Below the pieces are notes generated by a model. That model was not told the origin of the DNA, searched no databases, and was given only the letters and a program-made list of their open reading frames with translations. Made by a program: the position numbers and the translations under genes. A DNA stretch of 64,000 nt from Candidatus Eiseniibacteriota bacterium (GTDB taxonomy: Bacteria > Eisenbacteria > RBG-16-71-46), in assembly GCA_963725865.1 (NCBI GenBank), contig CAVSAC010000014.1:576001-640000 (forward strand), given 5' to 3'. Shown here piece after piece: positions 53,701 to 61,741 of this stretch (positions are counted from its first letter, which is position 1; every line of letters begins with the position of its first letter).

Positions 53701-53880
53701 AGCGTGCACGACCTTCCTGGCGAAGTCCTGCCGGCTCTGCTTGTGGCAGTCGTAGCAGGTGCGGGTCGGGGCCGGCTTGGCGAGCGCACGCAGCTGACCG
53801 GTGGAAGCCAGCGCCGCCACGGTCAGGGCGGCGAGCGCGGCGACCAGCAGGCGCCGCAATGGCGGCCGGCGGGTTCTCAT
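50722..53880 (-). CDS. giant multiheme c-type cytochrome, 42 CxxCH (doubled-CxxCH repeats)
   Basis: Signal peptide; 42 CxxCH counted by hand, mostly in H.P...CxxCH..H.S....L......LCxxCH units. Confidence 0.95.
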   Translation of the reverse strand: MRTRRPPLRRLLVAALAALTVAALASTGQLRALAKPAPTRTCYDCHKQSRQDFARKVVHAPVRKGDCAACHRSHGFAQQLVLTKKPTELCLDCHADLQKGAAPAHPHAAFAQGQCLGCHDPHASDQPALIRAGGPQTTCFDCHKDVGQEATLAVVHAPFKSGDCGACHLSHGGPNAKLLTAEGEALCARCHPAGVIESKHAAVNRAGMTCLDCHAAHASAQPKLVRAGSHAPVAAGQCESCHVMEGGKPTKALVAKVPELCTGCHADLADVGTRAHAHPPAAEGDCLTCHDPHRSGKAGHLLKDDPSKLCGQCHENVATDAAQPVVHAAFKQGDCARCHDPHGSANPRMLRSADGSFCLTCHGELGKRIAGPTGVHPPAGKKDCLRCHQPHASKENGLLVKDARSLCLSCHTDAQRKLVGQELHPPFSGGNCTACHDAHQSDHPKLATRPGNALCLGCHNDVQRELGQEHAHPPVKDGACTDCHGGHGGQGKALLAMKPAELCGQCHEDIAKKAASSAGHTAARRGQCAACHEPHGSKQPKLLRAEGEKLCAGCHPTVGKSADHVHAPVASGDCLTCHDPHGGAAAPTLTKAVPALCADCHDLAAADFRQKHGGTDMTAANCMTCHAPHQTKAAALIPANAHPGFAEKQCDSCHGSGSPSAKNLQAPATAVCAQCHDVAKPATAASRVHPPVKAGRCTACHTPHASELPHLLNQPQDVLCAGCHASVSQEAAQAHGHPPARDGRCSACHEPHQGVGAGILKQKVASLCATCHADLAKRIAEGKPHAPVAMGLCLSCHAPHGTANPAMTRKAGGALCSGCHKLKSPTLVAKHPSMDLASVDCVSCHDPHVQAKTAHSLIRPYPHLPFVRGQCTSCHVSRGSKALVASGEQLCFKCHEQAKKWVERKDVHAPLRQERQCLSCHGPHAGTAPRLLSRAGEKLCFSCHDRKLVKGKFTHKALEGGCDTCHDPHSSDARALVKAESVDALCRTCHTDLAKHYHPTTSKRPDPRTGQPIDCVSCHQPHASEFDGLLKADPQRDLCLQCHDPSMAAPGK

Positions 53881-54362
53881 GGCTTCGTCGCCCGCGGAGC
53901 GGACTGCGTGGAGTCACGCCGCGCCTCGAGCGTCGGATGGTTCTCGAACTCCACCTTGAGGATCTTGAACGCGAGGATCGAGTGCTTTCCGAAGTGGGGT
54001 GGCATGTTGAGGAACACCCACGTCGTGTCGGTGGGGACTCCGCCCTTGCGCACCACGATGCGGACCGCCGGGTTGTTGGTCTCGTTCGAGCGCGACAGGA
54101 TCCGGCGCGTCTTCATGTCCATCATGAAGTCGGGCACGAACTCCGTGACCCTCGCCGAGTAGTCGCTGTCGCCAACCCGGAACTCTTCGTTCAGCCGGGC
54201 CGTCGTCTCGTCGTAGAAATCGGTGAACACGCGATTGCCGATCCCGAGGGTCACGGACTTCACCCTGAGCTTCTGGACCGAGGGAGCCGGGGCCGCCGTT
54301 CCGGAGGCCGCCCACGCCATCATCACTGCCGCCACCACCACCACGCTCCATCCACGCTTCAT
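53877..54362 (-). CDS. secreted ResB-periplasmic/DUF2155-like protein
   Basis: Signal peptide; V.EFVPDF.MD....SRSNE.NNPAV.I.V......WVF pattern; ATGA-coupled on both sides. Confidence 0.6.
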   Translation of the reverse strand: MKRGWSVVVVAAVMMAWAASGTAAPAPSVQKLRVKSVTLGIGNRVFTDFYDETTARLNEEFRVGDSDYSARVTEFVPDFMMDMKTRRILSRSNETNNPAVRIVVRKGGVPTDTTWVFLNMPPHFGKHSILAFKILKVEFENHPTLEARRDSTQSAPRATKP

Positions 54363-54985
54363 CGACTTCCTCCGGAATCCGGCGCCGCGGGGGTCGCCGC
54401 AGGCAGGGGGAACTTGCGCAACATGTCCTCCAGCGCTCGTTGGGTGAGCCGCTCGAGGCTGATCTCGCGTCCCCACCCGAACAGCGTCTCGCGATCGTCA
54501 CCCGTTCGAACGCGCATCGCGTTCCACGTCACACGGCCATCGACACCTCTCAACATCCGCAGCGACAGCCCGACCGACGGTACCTCGCCGTCCGGAGTGC
54601 GCACCATCCCGCATTCGAGGATGGTCCCGGTCAGCAGGTAGCGCACGTTCAGCCGGCTCGCCAGCTTCGCCGCCTGGTCCGAGGTCAGCATTCCGCTGGT
54701 GCGGATGCGCAGATCGCGCATGCCGGCCTCGACGTCGCCCGGCTCCGCCATCTCGCAGCGCTGACTCTGGGCCAGGGCGCCGTACACCACCCGCGTCACC
54801 ATGTCGCCGGCTTCCGGCTTCAGCGCCAGGTTCTCGAGCGGCAACAGCGCCACCCGCTCCAGGGGTAGCACGCCGGAACCGCGCACCAGGGGTGCGCTCC
54901 CAGCGCAGCCGCCGAGCGCGAGCGCGAGGCCCGCGGCGCACAGCCACCGGCGCGTCGCGCGCATGTGTTCCGGACGGCCGGGCAT
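54359..54985 (-). CDS. lipoprotein, CsgG/LpoB/TolB-N-like fold
   Basis: Lipobox LGG-C; VALLPLEN, L.VRYLLTGTILE, V.LSLRM. Confidence 0.7.
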   Translation of the reverse strand: MPGRPEHMRATRRWLCAAGLALALGGCAGSAPLVRGSGVLPLERVALLPLENLALKPEAGDMVTRVVYGALAQSQRCEMAEPGDVEAGMRDLRIRTSGMLTSDQAAKLASRLNVRYLLTGTILECGMVRTPDGEVPSVGLSLRMLRGVDGRVTWNAMRVRTGDDRETLFGWGREISLERLTQRALEDMLRKFPLPAATPAAPDSGGSR

Positions 54986-54987
54986 GG

Positions 54988-55590
54988 TCAGAACGCTCCC
55001 CGCCGGAGCGCGGCCACCGCCTGCTCGCACGCTTCCTGCGTGACGCGCGCGAACGTCCGGCTGCCCGCACCGCCCAGCATCGCGAGCCGGCCCTTGCCCT
55101 TGCGCGTGACCGCGACCCGCCAGACGGTGCTGCCGGTCGCGGCATCCACCAGCTCGGCATCGAACGACACCACCGGGAACTCCTCGCTGCCGACCCGCTG
55201 CGTACCGTACTCGGTGACGGCACCGCGGATCACGCCCGTGATGTCGAGCCGGGAGGCGAGGTCCTTGAGCTTGGCCTGATCGATGGCGCCCTGCGCATCG
55301 GGCAGGGCGTTCGCGCGCTCGAGCTCGCCCCAGAAGGCGGCCGGATCGACGAGCTGGAACCGCTCGGCGATCGACAGCTCGGTCACCAGCGCGCGCGTCA
55401 CACGGGCGCCCGCGTGAGTGTCGGAGCACAGGTTCGCGAACTGCACGACCGCGACCTTCTTGTAGTAGGTCAGGTCGGCATCGCGGTTCACGTACAACCG
55501 CGGCGCGGCCGCACAGCCCGTCATCGCCACGGCCAGGACCGCGAGCATCACGATCGGGGCCCAGCGGAGTCTCCGGATGATCATCGTCAT
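54988..55590 (-). CDS. lipoprotein, CsgG/LpoB/TolB-N-like fold
   Basis: Lipobox MTG-C; VAVVQFAN, VIRGAVTEYG, AELVDAATGSTVW; ATGA overlap with the beta-barrel gene. Confidence 0.7.
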   Translation of the reverse strand: MTMIIRRLRWAPIVMLAVLAVAMTGCAAAPRLYVNRDADLTYYKKVAVVQFANLCSDTHAGARVTRALVTELSIAERFQLVDPAAFWGELERANALPDAQGAIDQAKLKDLASRLDITGVIRGAVTEYGTQRVGSEEFPVVSFDAELVDAATGSTVWRVAVTRKGKGRLAMLGGAGSRTFARVTQEACEQAVAALRRGAF

Positions 55591-57299
55591 CTCCCGAACG
55601 TCATGGTGAGGCTGCCATCGTACTGCCGGGTCTCGCGCGTCTCGCCCGGATCGGCCACGGTCGCGCCGGTCGTGAGCGACAGGCGCCGGCCCAGCGCGCC
55701 GGTGACGCGCAGGCCGGCGATCTCGCGTCCGTTGAGCTGCTCGGCGAACGTGGACTGGCGGTTCTGCTCGCTCTTCGACCAGTTGGCGATCAACTGCCAC
55801 TGCGAGATCGGCACCCAGCGCACCGTCCCCATCCGCGTCGTGACCCGCGGCGCCGATCCCTCCGCGGCGGTGGTCGTACTCAGCGACCCTACCATCTCGA
55901 GACCCGCGCCGGGCTTCCAGCGGACGTCGCCCTGGCTCGACGTGGCGCGGCTCGAGGCCCGGCCGAGCGAGTGCCCCACGCGGTAGACGCGCTCGAACAG
56001 CGCGACGGTGAACGCCCGGACGGGCGTCGCGGTCACCCGGCCGTTGAGCTCGCTGGTCCAGCGCTGGTCGCGCGACGCGGTGTCGCCGTTCGCGGCCACC
56101 TGCGCGTTGAGGTCGGCGTCGAGCCCGCGCGCGAGCCTGAAGCGCGAGCCGGCGCGCACCGCGTCACTGGTGAAGCGACCGCGCTCGGGCTCCCAGTTCA
56201 GCGTGCGCGAGGCCGCCGCGGTGCCGTACCAGCCCGGCCGCACCCGGCCATCCACCGCGGCCAGCGCCGAGAGGTACTGCACCAGGGCGGAGCCGAATGC
56301 CCCGCGGGCTGTGCGCGCGCCGCCACCGAAGGTCAGGCGCACGGCACGGCGCGGCGTGACATTCAGGAACAGGCCGGCGTCGTGGTCCGTGGTCGTGGAC
56401 TTGGCGCGGTTGAAGAAGTAGGCGTTTCGGAGGATGTAGTTGAGATCGAAGTCCACCACCGCGTTCGGCCGGTAGGACGAATTGAGGCTGGCGCCCTGGC
56501 TGCGGGCCAGCACCTGCGGCCGTCCCGGCACCTCAGTGCGCGTGTCGGCGACGTCGTACTGCAGCGCCACCGACGTCGTCCGCACCGGGGAGAACGTCAG
56601 GTTGCCGCCGCCGGAGAGCGTGCGCTGGTCGGTGGTCACGCGCACCACGGCGTCCGGCGTCCGCCGCAGGTCACCGATCATCCCGTAGAGACGCAGGGGG
56701 CCGCGGTCGTAACCCACTCGCGCGCTGCGGTTCGTCGCGTCGGAGCCCGGGCCCAGCACGTCGCTGTTCCGGTGCTGCCGCAGCCACATCAGGTCCAGCC
56801 GCGGCCCGCGCTCCGGGAACAACGCCCCCGTGAACATGGTCTCCTGGGCGCGCGAGGTCACGACGACACGGCGCCCGCTGTCGCCCGGCGCGGCCTGCCC
56901 CGTCTGCCCGAATCCGGTCGTCGTCGTGGTCGGACGATGGGACGCGCTCACGGCGAACGCGCGGTGGTTGAGGCGCAACAGTCCCTGCGGGGTGCGACTG
57001 GCGTCCGGGAGATTCGCGTACGAGAGGTCGGACAGTCGCAGGCTCGCCTGCAGCTGCAGATCAGGCCGCAGCATGGTCTGGTTCCGAAGCTCGTAGTTCT
57101 GCAGGAGGAACTCGCGGATCCGTCGCCGCTCGTGGAGCGCGCCGGTTGAGTCGCGGGTCTGCAGGATCTCCTCGAAGCGCTGGTACTGCCCCTGAGCGTA
57201 TCCGAACAGCGACTGCGCCGCCGCCGGCCGGGCCGTCAGTGCGGGGAGCGACAGCAGGACCGCCGCGACGACGAGCGCGCGGCCACGATCAGCGCGCAT
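55587..57299 (-). CDS. predicted outer-membrane beta-barrel protein
   Basis: Signal peptide ending AAA-Q; alternating amphipathic strands throughout; C-terminal YDGSLTMTFGR resembling a beta-signal. Confidence 0.75.
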   Translation of the reverse strand: MRADRGRALVVAAVLLSLPALTARPAAAQSLFGYAQGQYQRFEEILQTRDSTGALHERRRIREFLLQNYELRNQTMLRPDLQLQASLRLSDLSYANLPDASRTPQGLLRLNHRAFAVSASHRPTTTTTGFGQTGQAAPGDSGRRVVVTSRAQETMFTGALFPERGPRLDLMWLRQHRNSDVLGPGSDATNRSARVGYDRGPLRLYGMIGDLRRTPDAVVRVTTDQRTLSGGGNLTFSPVRTTSVALQYDVADTRTEVPGRPQVLARSQGASLNSSYRPNAVVDFDLNYILRNAYFFNRAKSTTTDHDAGLFLNVTPRRAVRLTFGGGARTARGAFGSALVQYLSALAAVDGRVRPGWYGTAAASRTLNWEPERGRFTSDAVRAGSRFRLARGLDADLNAQVAANGDTASRDQRWTSELNGRVTATPVRAFTVALFERVYRVGHSLGRASSRATSSQGDVRWKPGAGLEMVGSLSTTTAAEGSAPRVTTRMGTVRWVPISQWQLIANWSKSEQNRQSTFAEQLNGREIAGLRVTGALGRRLSLTTGATVADPGETRETRQYDGSLTMTFGR

Positions 57300-58869
57300 A
57301 GTTCACGGAGTAGCTCTGGCTACCATGACAAGTCGGCGAGCAGCTCCCTCCGCTGGCCGTCTCCGTGTACGACTGCAGGCCCGGATTCCTTCCGATCACC
57401 AGCAAGTGGGGGAGCGTGGTCGAGCCGTGCGTGATGTGACAGGCATAGCACGGCACCTGCTGCTCGCCCACGTGCTGCACGTGTCCGCTCGCGGCCTGCG
57501 GCGGCCCGAATCGCGAGTAGCCCTGCACCGCGACGGGGGACGAGGGGTTCGCGTACACGTCGTAGGAGTGGCACGCGAAGCAGATCTCGTTGGAGTCGGT
57601 CGGGCGATTCGCCGGCGAGGCCGTGTAGGGCTGCTTGAGGATGTAGCGATAGGTCGAGCCGTGCGGACCCCGCGCGGTTCCGAAGTCGCTGCCGTGGCAG
57701 TCGCCGCAACGGGTGATCGAGCTCGCGCCCCAGCCGCTCGCGAACGACAGCGGATGGATGAGCGGATTCCTGCCCCGCGCCTCCACCGGGTGATAGGAAG
57801 GATTCGCCGGATTGAGCGCCTTCGCGAGGTCGGTCTGCCCCGACGGCTGAGTGGTCCACGAGGAGTGGCACTTGAAGCACAGCGTGTACTCGTCCGTCGG
57901 CACCGCGAGCGTGTCCGCGCCGGTCACGAGCGCGTACGACGGAGCGCTGCCCGCCACTCCGTTGAGGATGGTCACGCGGCTGACGCCCAGCGTGGTCTTC
58001 GAAGCCTCGTCGTCGCTCGGCGGGAAGCGATCGGGACGCGACACGTGCGGGTTGTGGCAATCCACGCACTCGCTGTGCCGCCGATTCAGCGGCATGGTCC
58101 CGAAGTCGCTCGGCAGCGACTCCAGCGGACCGGTGTGCCGGTCGGCGTAGTCGGTCACCGGGTGGCGATAGGGCTTCTGCAGATCCGACTGCACGTTGGC
58201 GGTCGAAGGCGAGCCGTCGTGGCAGGTCAGGCAGAGCGCCTCCTCGCGCTGTAGCCCGAGGGCGGGGATGAGCCCGCTGGAATCCTCGCGGCCGTGCGCG
58301 TCATGGCAGTTGAGGCACTTGCCGGGCGCGTCGATCTCGGTGCGCGGAGGCGGCGTCGGACCCGGCCAGACCATGGTCAGCGTCGAGCCGTGCCCGGTGC
58401 CCGAGTAGAGTTCGGGGCCCGCGAAGCTGCCTCCCTCCCACGGTGTCGTGTGGCAGGTGTTGCACAGCGTGTTGTCGTCGGGCGCGAGCAGCAGCTTGGG
58501 CTGGGGCTCGACCTGATCGGCGCCATGCATCGTGTGGCAGCGGTCGCACTCGCCGGAATGGGAACCGTCCGCCAGGATGCGGCGGATGTCCTCGGGGTCG
58601 CGCGGCCGGTGCAGCGACGGCGTGGCGGCGACCAGCGTGAGGACGCAGAGCGCGAGCAGCGCGACCGTCGCAAGGACGACCGCGCTGCCGCGCGTACTCG
58701 ATGCGGACCGGGTCCAGGAGTGGCGGCCTTGGGGTTCGTCCGGCGTCGCCGCGAAGGCACCCACCGGTCCGGCGTCGCGCTGCGTGCCGCGCGCCACCTT
58801 CACCTCACCCTGCGACCTCTCGCCGCGAACCCCGTCACTCCCTGCCCAGTCGCGCATCGGAGACTCCAT
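57289..58869 (-). CDS. multiheme c-type cytochrome (9 CxxCH + terminal CxxxCH)
   Basis: CDRCH, CNTCH, CLNCH, CLTCH, CVDCH, CFKCH, CGDCH, CFACH, CYACH, CSPTCH; N-terminal hydrophobic segment; start may be GTG 58803. Confidence 0.9.
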   Translation of the reverse strand: MESPMRDWAGSDGVRGERSQGEVKVARGTQRDAGPVGAFAATPDEPQGRHSWTRSASSTRGSAVVLATVALLALCVLTLVAATPSLHRPRDPEDIRRILADGSHSGECDRCHTMHGADQVEPQPKLLLAPDDNTLCNTCHTTPWEGGSFAGPELYSGTGHGSTLTMVWPGPTPPPRTEIDAPGKCLNCHDAHGREDSSGLIPALGLQREEALCLTCHDGSPSTANVQSDLQKPYRHPVTDYADRHTGPLESLPSDFGTMPLNRRHSECVDCHNPHVSRPDRFPPSDDEASKTTLGVSRVTILNGVAGSAPSYALVTGADTLAVPTDEYTLCFKCHSSWTTQPSGQTDLAKALNPANPSYHPVEARGRNPLIHPLSFASGWGASSITRCGDCHGSDFGTARGPHGSTYRYILKQPYTASPANRPTDSNEICFACHSYDVYANPSSPVAVQGYSRFGPPQAASGHVQHVGEQQVPCYACHITHGSTTLPHLLVIGRNPGLQSYTETASGGSCSPTCHGSQSYSVNYAR

Positions 58870-58874
58870 CTCGG

Positions 58875-58911
58875 AAAACAGCCGGGCGGTGCGGGCACGA
58901 GGCCCGCACCG
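58875..58911 (-). terminator. hairpin downstream of the OmcS-like gene
   Basis: 10-bp stem CGGTGCGGGC/GCCCGCACCG then CCCGGCTGTTTT on the minus strand. Confidence 0.5.
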
Positions 58912-58956
58912 TCCATTCGGGATCAGACCGCGGCCGTCCGATCCGTCAGCCGTGGA

Positions 58957-59950
58957 TCAGCTGCCCTGGCCGTGGCACTGACGGCACAGGTCGCGGTACG
59001 CGCCGCCATCGCCGTTTTCGGTGACCGTGCCGGTGCCGGCCATGAAGATCAGGCCGAACCCGTTCTGGTTGCCGTGCGACTTGTGGCACGACATGCACGA
59101 CGGAGTCAGCGTGTTGCTGGTCGAGGTCCACAGACCCTGCGAGTCCATGACCTTCACGTGGTTGGTGTTCACGCGCCAGCGGCTGGTCGCGCTGCTCACG
59201 CTGATGTTCACCGTCGACTGCGGGTGACGCTTCCAGTCCGTCCCGTCGCCCATGTTCGCGTCGGTGATGGCACCGTGGAACTCGACGTGGCAGTTCTTGC
59301 ACCAGGTCGCGTAGCGGCTGCCGGCGACATCGGGCTCGTTGTAATCGACGTCCGCGATGTCATAGGCGCGCGCGCTGCGCTCGAACACGTCCTTCGCCAG
59401 GTCGTTGCTGCCCACCGCGTAGCTCACGGTGTCGCCAGCGAAGATGCCACGGAGCTGCAGGTTGCGGTAGGAGACGCTGCCGTGGACCGAGTGACAGTTG
59501 CTGCACTCGAGGCCTTCGGTGCCGGGCACGTACGCAGTGCCGGTCCCGCCGGGAGGCAGCGCGGTCTCGTACAGCGTGTGGCCGTCGATCTCGTCGTAGC
59601 TGGGATCATTCGACAGGCCGTGACCGGCCTTGGCGTTCAGACCACCGGCGAGACGGTTCGTGCCACTCACGATGTTCTCGCCGAACACGTCCGGCGCCCA
59701 CGCCTGACCGTTGTGGCAGGCCAGACAGGTCTTGTTCACGTCTTCGGCGCGCAGCAGGAGCGGCGAACGGGCCGCCCGCCTCGGGCACCGGGAACACCGA
59801 GCCGCCCGGCGTGTAACCGTGCGACTGGCTGTAGTGCATGATGTGGCAGTCGCTGCACACCAGCGTCAGCTGCCGGTGGTAGTCGCCTGCCATGGCCACT
59901 GAGACCATGCCCGCCACCAACAGTAGCGGGAGGACGATCAGGCGCTTCAT
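58957..59950 (-). CDS. OmcS-like hexaheme cytochrome c, interrupted by a frameshift near 59761
   Basis: ORF 59606..59950 gives the signal peptide and heme 1; ORF 58957..59760 gives hemes 2-6; joined motifs are collinear with Geobacter OmcS; RBS GAGGAG. Confidence 0.8.
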
Positions 59951-60071
59951 GGGGACTCTCCTCATTGGGACGTCTGGAACGGAAACGTTACGGGCCGGAT
60001 GGTTCGTTGGTGAAGCGACTGCGGAACTGCACCTCCTTCCGGGCCGCTCCAGCGGCGCGTGCCAGTCGTGA

Positions 60072-61106
60072 TCAGCGAACCCACATCAGCTGGAACCGAT
60101 TCCCCGCGTTCTCCGCGAGGGCCAACAGTCCCTTGCCGTCGCTGGCCAGCGCACTGGGGTTGACGAATTCGCCCGGACCCACACCCAACCCCCCCACCGT
60201 TCCCAGGAACTTCCCGGACGAATCGAAGACCTGGACCGAGTGTCGGATCGCATCGCTCACCCACATCCGCCCATCACCCAGCACCGCGACGCCCGACGGG
60301 AACGAGAAATTGCCGGGGCCGATGTCGTGGACTCCGAAGCCCCGGATGTAGCCACCCTGTGGATCGAACACCTGGATCGCGAGCGTGGTGCGCGCACACG
60401 CCACCACGAGATCGCCACTCGGCAGCAGTGCGAGCGCGGTGATCGCCTGCAGCTGCCCGGGCTCCTTGCCCGGCGTGCCCCAGACGCCGACGAAGCCGTA
60501 GTCCGAGTCGAACCGATAGACCCGCCCGTCCGCGCCTCGCGAGGCCACCCAGATCGAGCCGTCCGGCCCCACGGCGAGAGCGCCGGGGCCGCGTCCGTTC
60601 GCGAGCGTGTCGTCGGGCGCCGGCAGGTGCAGGCGCGTGATGGGCCGACCGCGAAAGTCGAGGACGTCGACGTACGGCGCCGCCATGTCCGAGACCAGCA
60701 CGTTCCCTTGGCGGTCGACCGCAACGAAGACCGGATTGCCATCCCGCATCTCGCCGGTCAGCGGGTCGGGGACGCGATGCACGAAGTAGCCGGTGGGGTA
60801 GGTCTTGAGATCGAAGAACTCGACCCGGTGGATCCCCGTGTTCGCGACCACCACCTCGCCGTGCTCGACGTCGAATGCGATGCCTTGCGGCCCGCTGAAA
60901 TCCATCCCGCTGTTCGCCTGCCCAAGCACGAGCGCCGAGTCGATCACGGGCTCCTCGGCGGCGAGCGCGCGGGACGTGGAGGCACCGCCCGCGAACAGGG
61001 CGGCCAACAGGAGGAGGCTCAGGGAACCGAGCACTCGCCCGAGAACGTGCTCGGGAGAATCGGTCCGGCCCGCCAGGCCGCGAGTCTGGTGCTGCCGACC
61101 CGCCAT
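60072..61106 (-). CDS. secreted NHL-repeat beta-propeller protein
   Basis: FSGPQGIA, VAVDRQGNVLVSD, FSFPSGVAV...MWVSD...VQVFD, FVNPSALA; RBS GAGGAGG. Confidence 0.88.
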   Translation of the reverse strand: MAGRQHQTRGLAGRTDSPEHVLGRVLGSLSLLLLAALFAGGASTSRALAAEEPVIDSALVLGQANSGMDFSGPQGIAFDVEHGEVVVANTGIHRVEFFDLKTYPTGYFVHRVPDPLTGEMRDGNPVFVAVDRQGNVLVSDMAAPYVDVLDFRGRPITRLHLPAPDDTLANGRGPGALAVGPDGSIWVASRGADGRVYRFDSDYGFVGVWGTPGKEPGQLQAITALALLPSGDLVVACARTTLAIQVFDPQGGYIRGFGVHDIGPGNFSFPSGVAVLGDGRMWVSDAIRHSVQVFDSSGKFLGTVGGLGVGPGEFVNPSALASDGKGLLALAENAGNRFQLMWVR

Positions 61107-61216
61107 CGGAACCTCCTCAAGTGATTGTGGCAGTTAGGCCGGGGTGACCGCGCCTCCCAACCGGAACGGGGCGCCGGGGAACACGTCTGCCCCACATTGC
61201 GCTGCTCTTCACAAGG

Positions 61217-61231
61217 GCAATGGATGTGCCA
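61217..61231 (-). promoter_or_regulatory. sigma54 (-24/-12) promoter of the cytochrome cluster
   Basis: TGGCAC-ATCCA-TTGC on the minus strand, matching the consensus core, about 110 nt upstream of the NHL ATG. Confidence 0.8.
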
Positions 61232-61669
61232 TCCGTAGAACCACGGACAAGGGCTCCTCCACCACCCGCAAACCATGATGGGCCGCAACAGATAAGAGGG
61301 GCGGCCTGGGCCCGTCCCTCCCGGTGAGGCGTTCTTCCACATCACTTTCCGGCTGACAGGCTGGCAGAGCCGGGCCGGCGCTTCATGACAACCTGACTTT
61401 CCCGAGCATTCACTTGAACATGCCGTGACGGACGCAACCGGTCCGCGAGCCCCTTCCCTGGGGCAGAACGCCGAGGAACACCACACTTCGGTGGGCGGGC
61501 GGGGTGTGGTGCCGCCGCGTGGCAACTAACTCCGCCCCCACCACCGGGCTCAGGTCCCCGTTCGTTCCGCGCGACGGCGACCCTGGGCGCGGCAGGCGCG
61601 GGTGGGGCTGTCAGCTCCCGGACACTTTGCGCACCTCCGCTGCCCCCGACTGCTCGCGTGGGCGGCGGT

Positions 61670-61685
61670 GGGCACGAATCTCGCA
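61670..61685 (+). promoter_or_regulatory. sigma54-like promoter of ccmF
   Basis: GGGCAC-GAATC-TCGCA (GG-N10-GC), about 55 nt upstream of ATG 61742. Confidence 0.55.
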
Positions 61686-61741
61686 GCGGGTGGATTGGCC
61701 GCCATCGCACGACACGACGAATCCCCCATGAGGTCCTCGAC

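Noticed and set aside
50752..54162. 1136-aa + strand ORF and recurring GTGGCA motifs resembling a repeat array
   Set aside because: Antisense of the 42-heme gene; GTGGCA is the reverse complement of Cys-His codons, not a CRISPR or DNA repeat
55587..58869. Labelling the barrel and 10-heme pair as mtrB/mtrA
   Set aside because: Heme spacing, length and the terminal CxxxCH do not match the MtrA/DmsE pattern I recall; left unnamed pending an HMM search
59606..59965. Stand-alone 119-aa monoheme protein
   Set aside because: Sequence after about 59760 is out-of-frame junk; better explained as the 5' part of the OmcS-like gene
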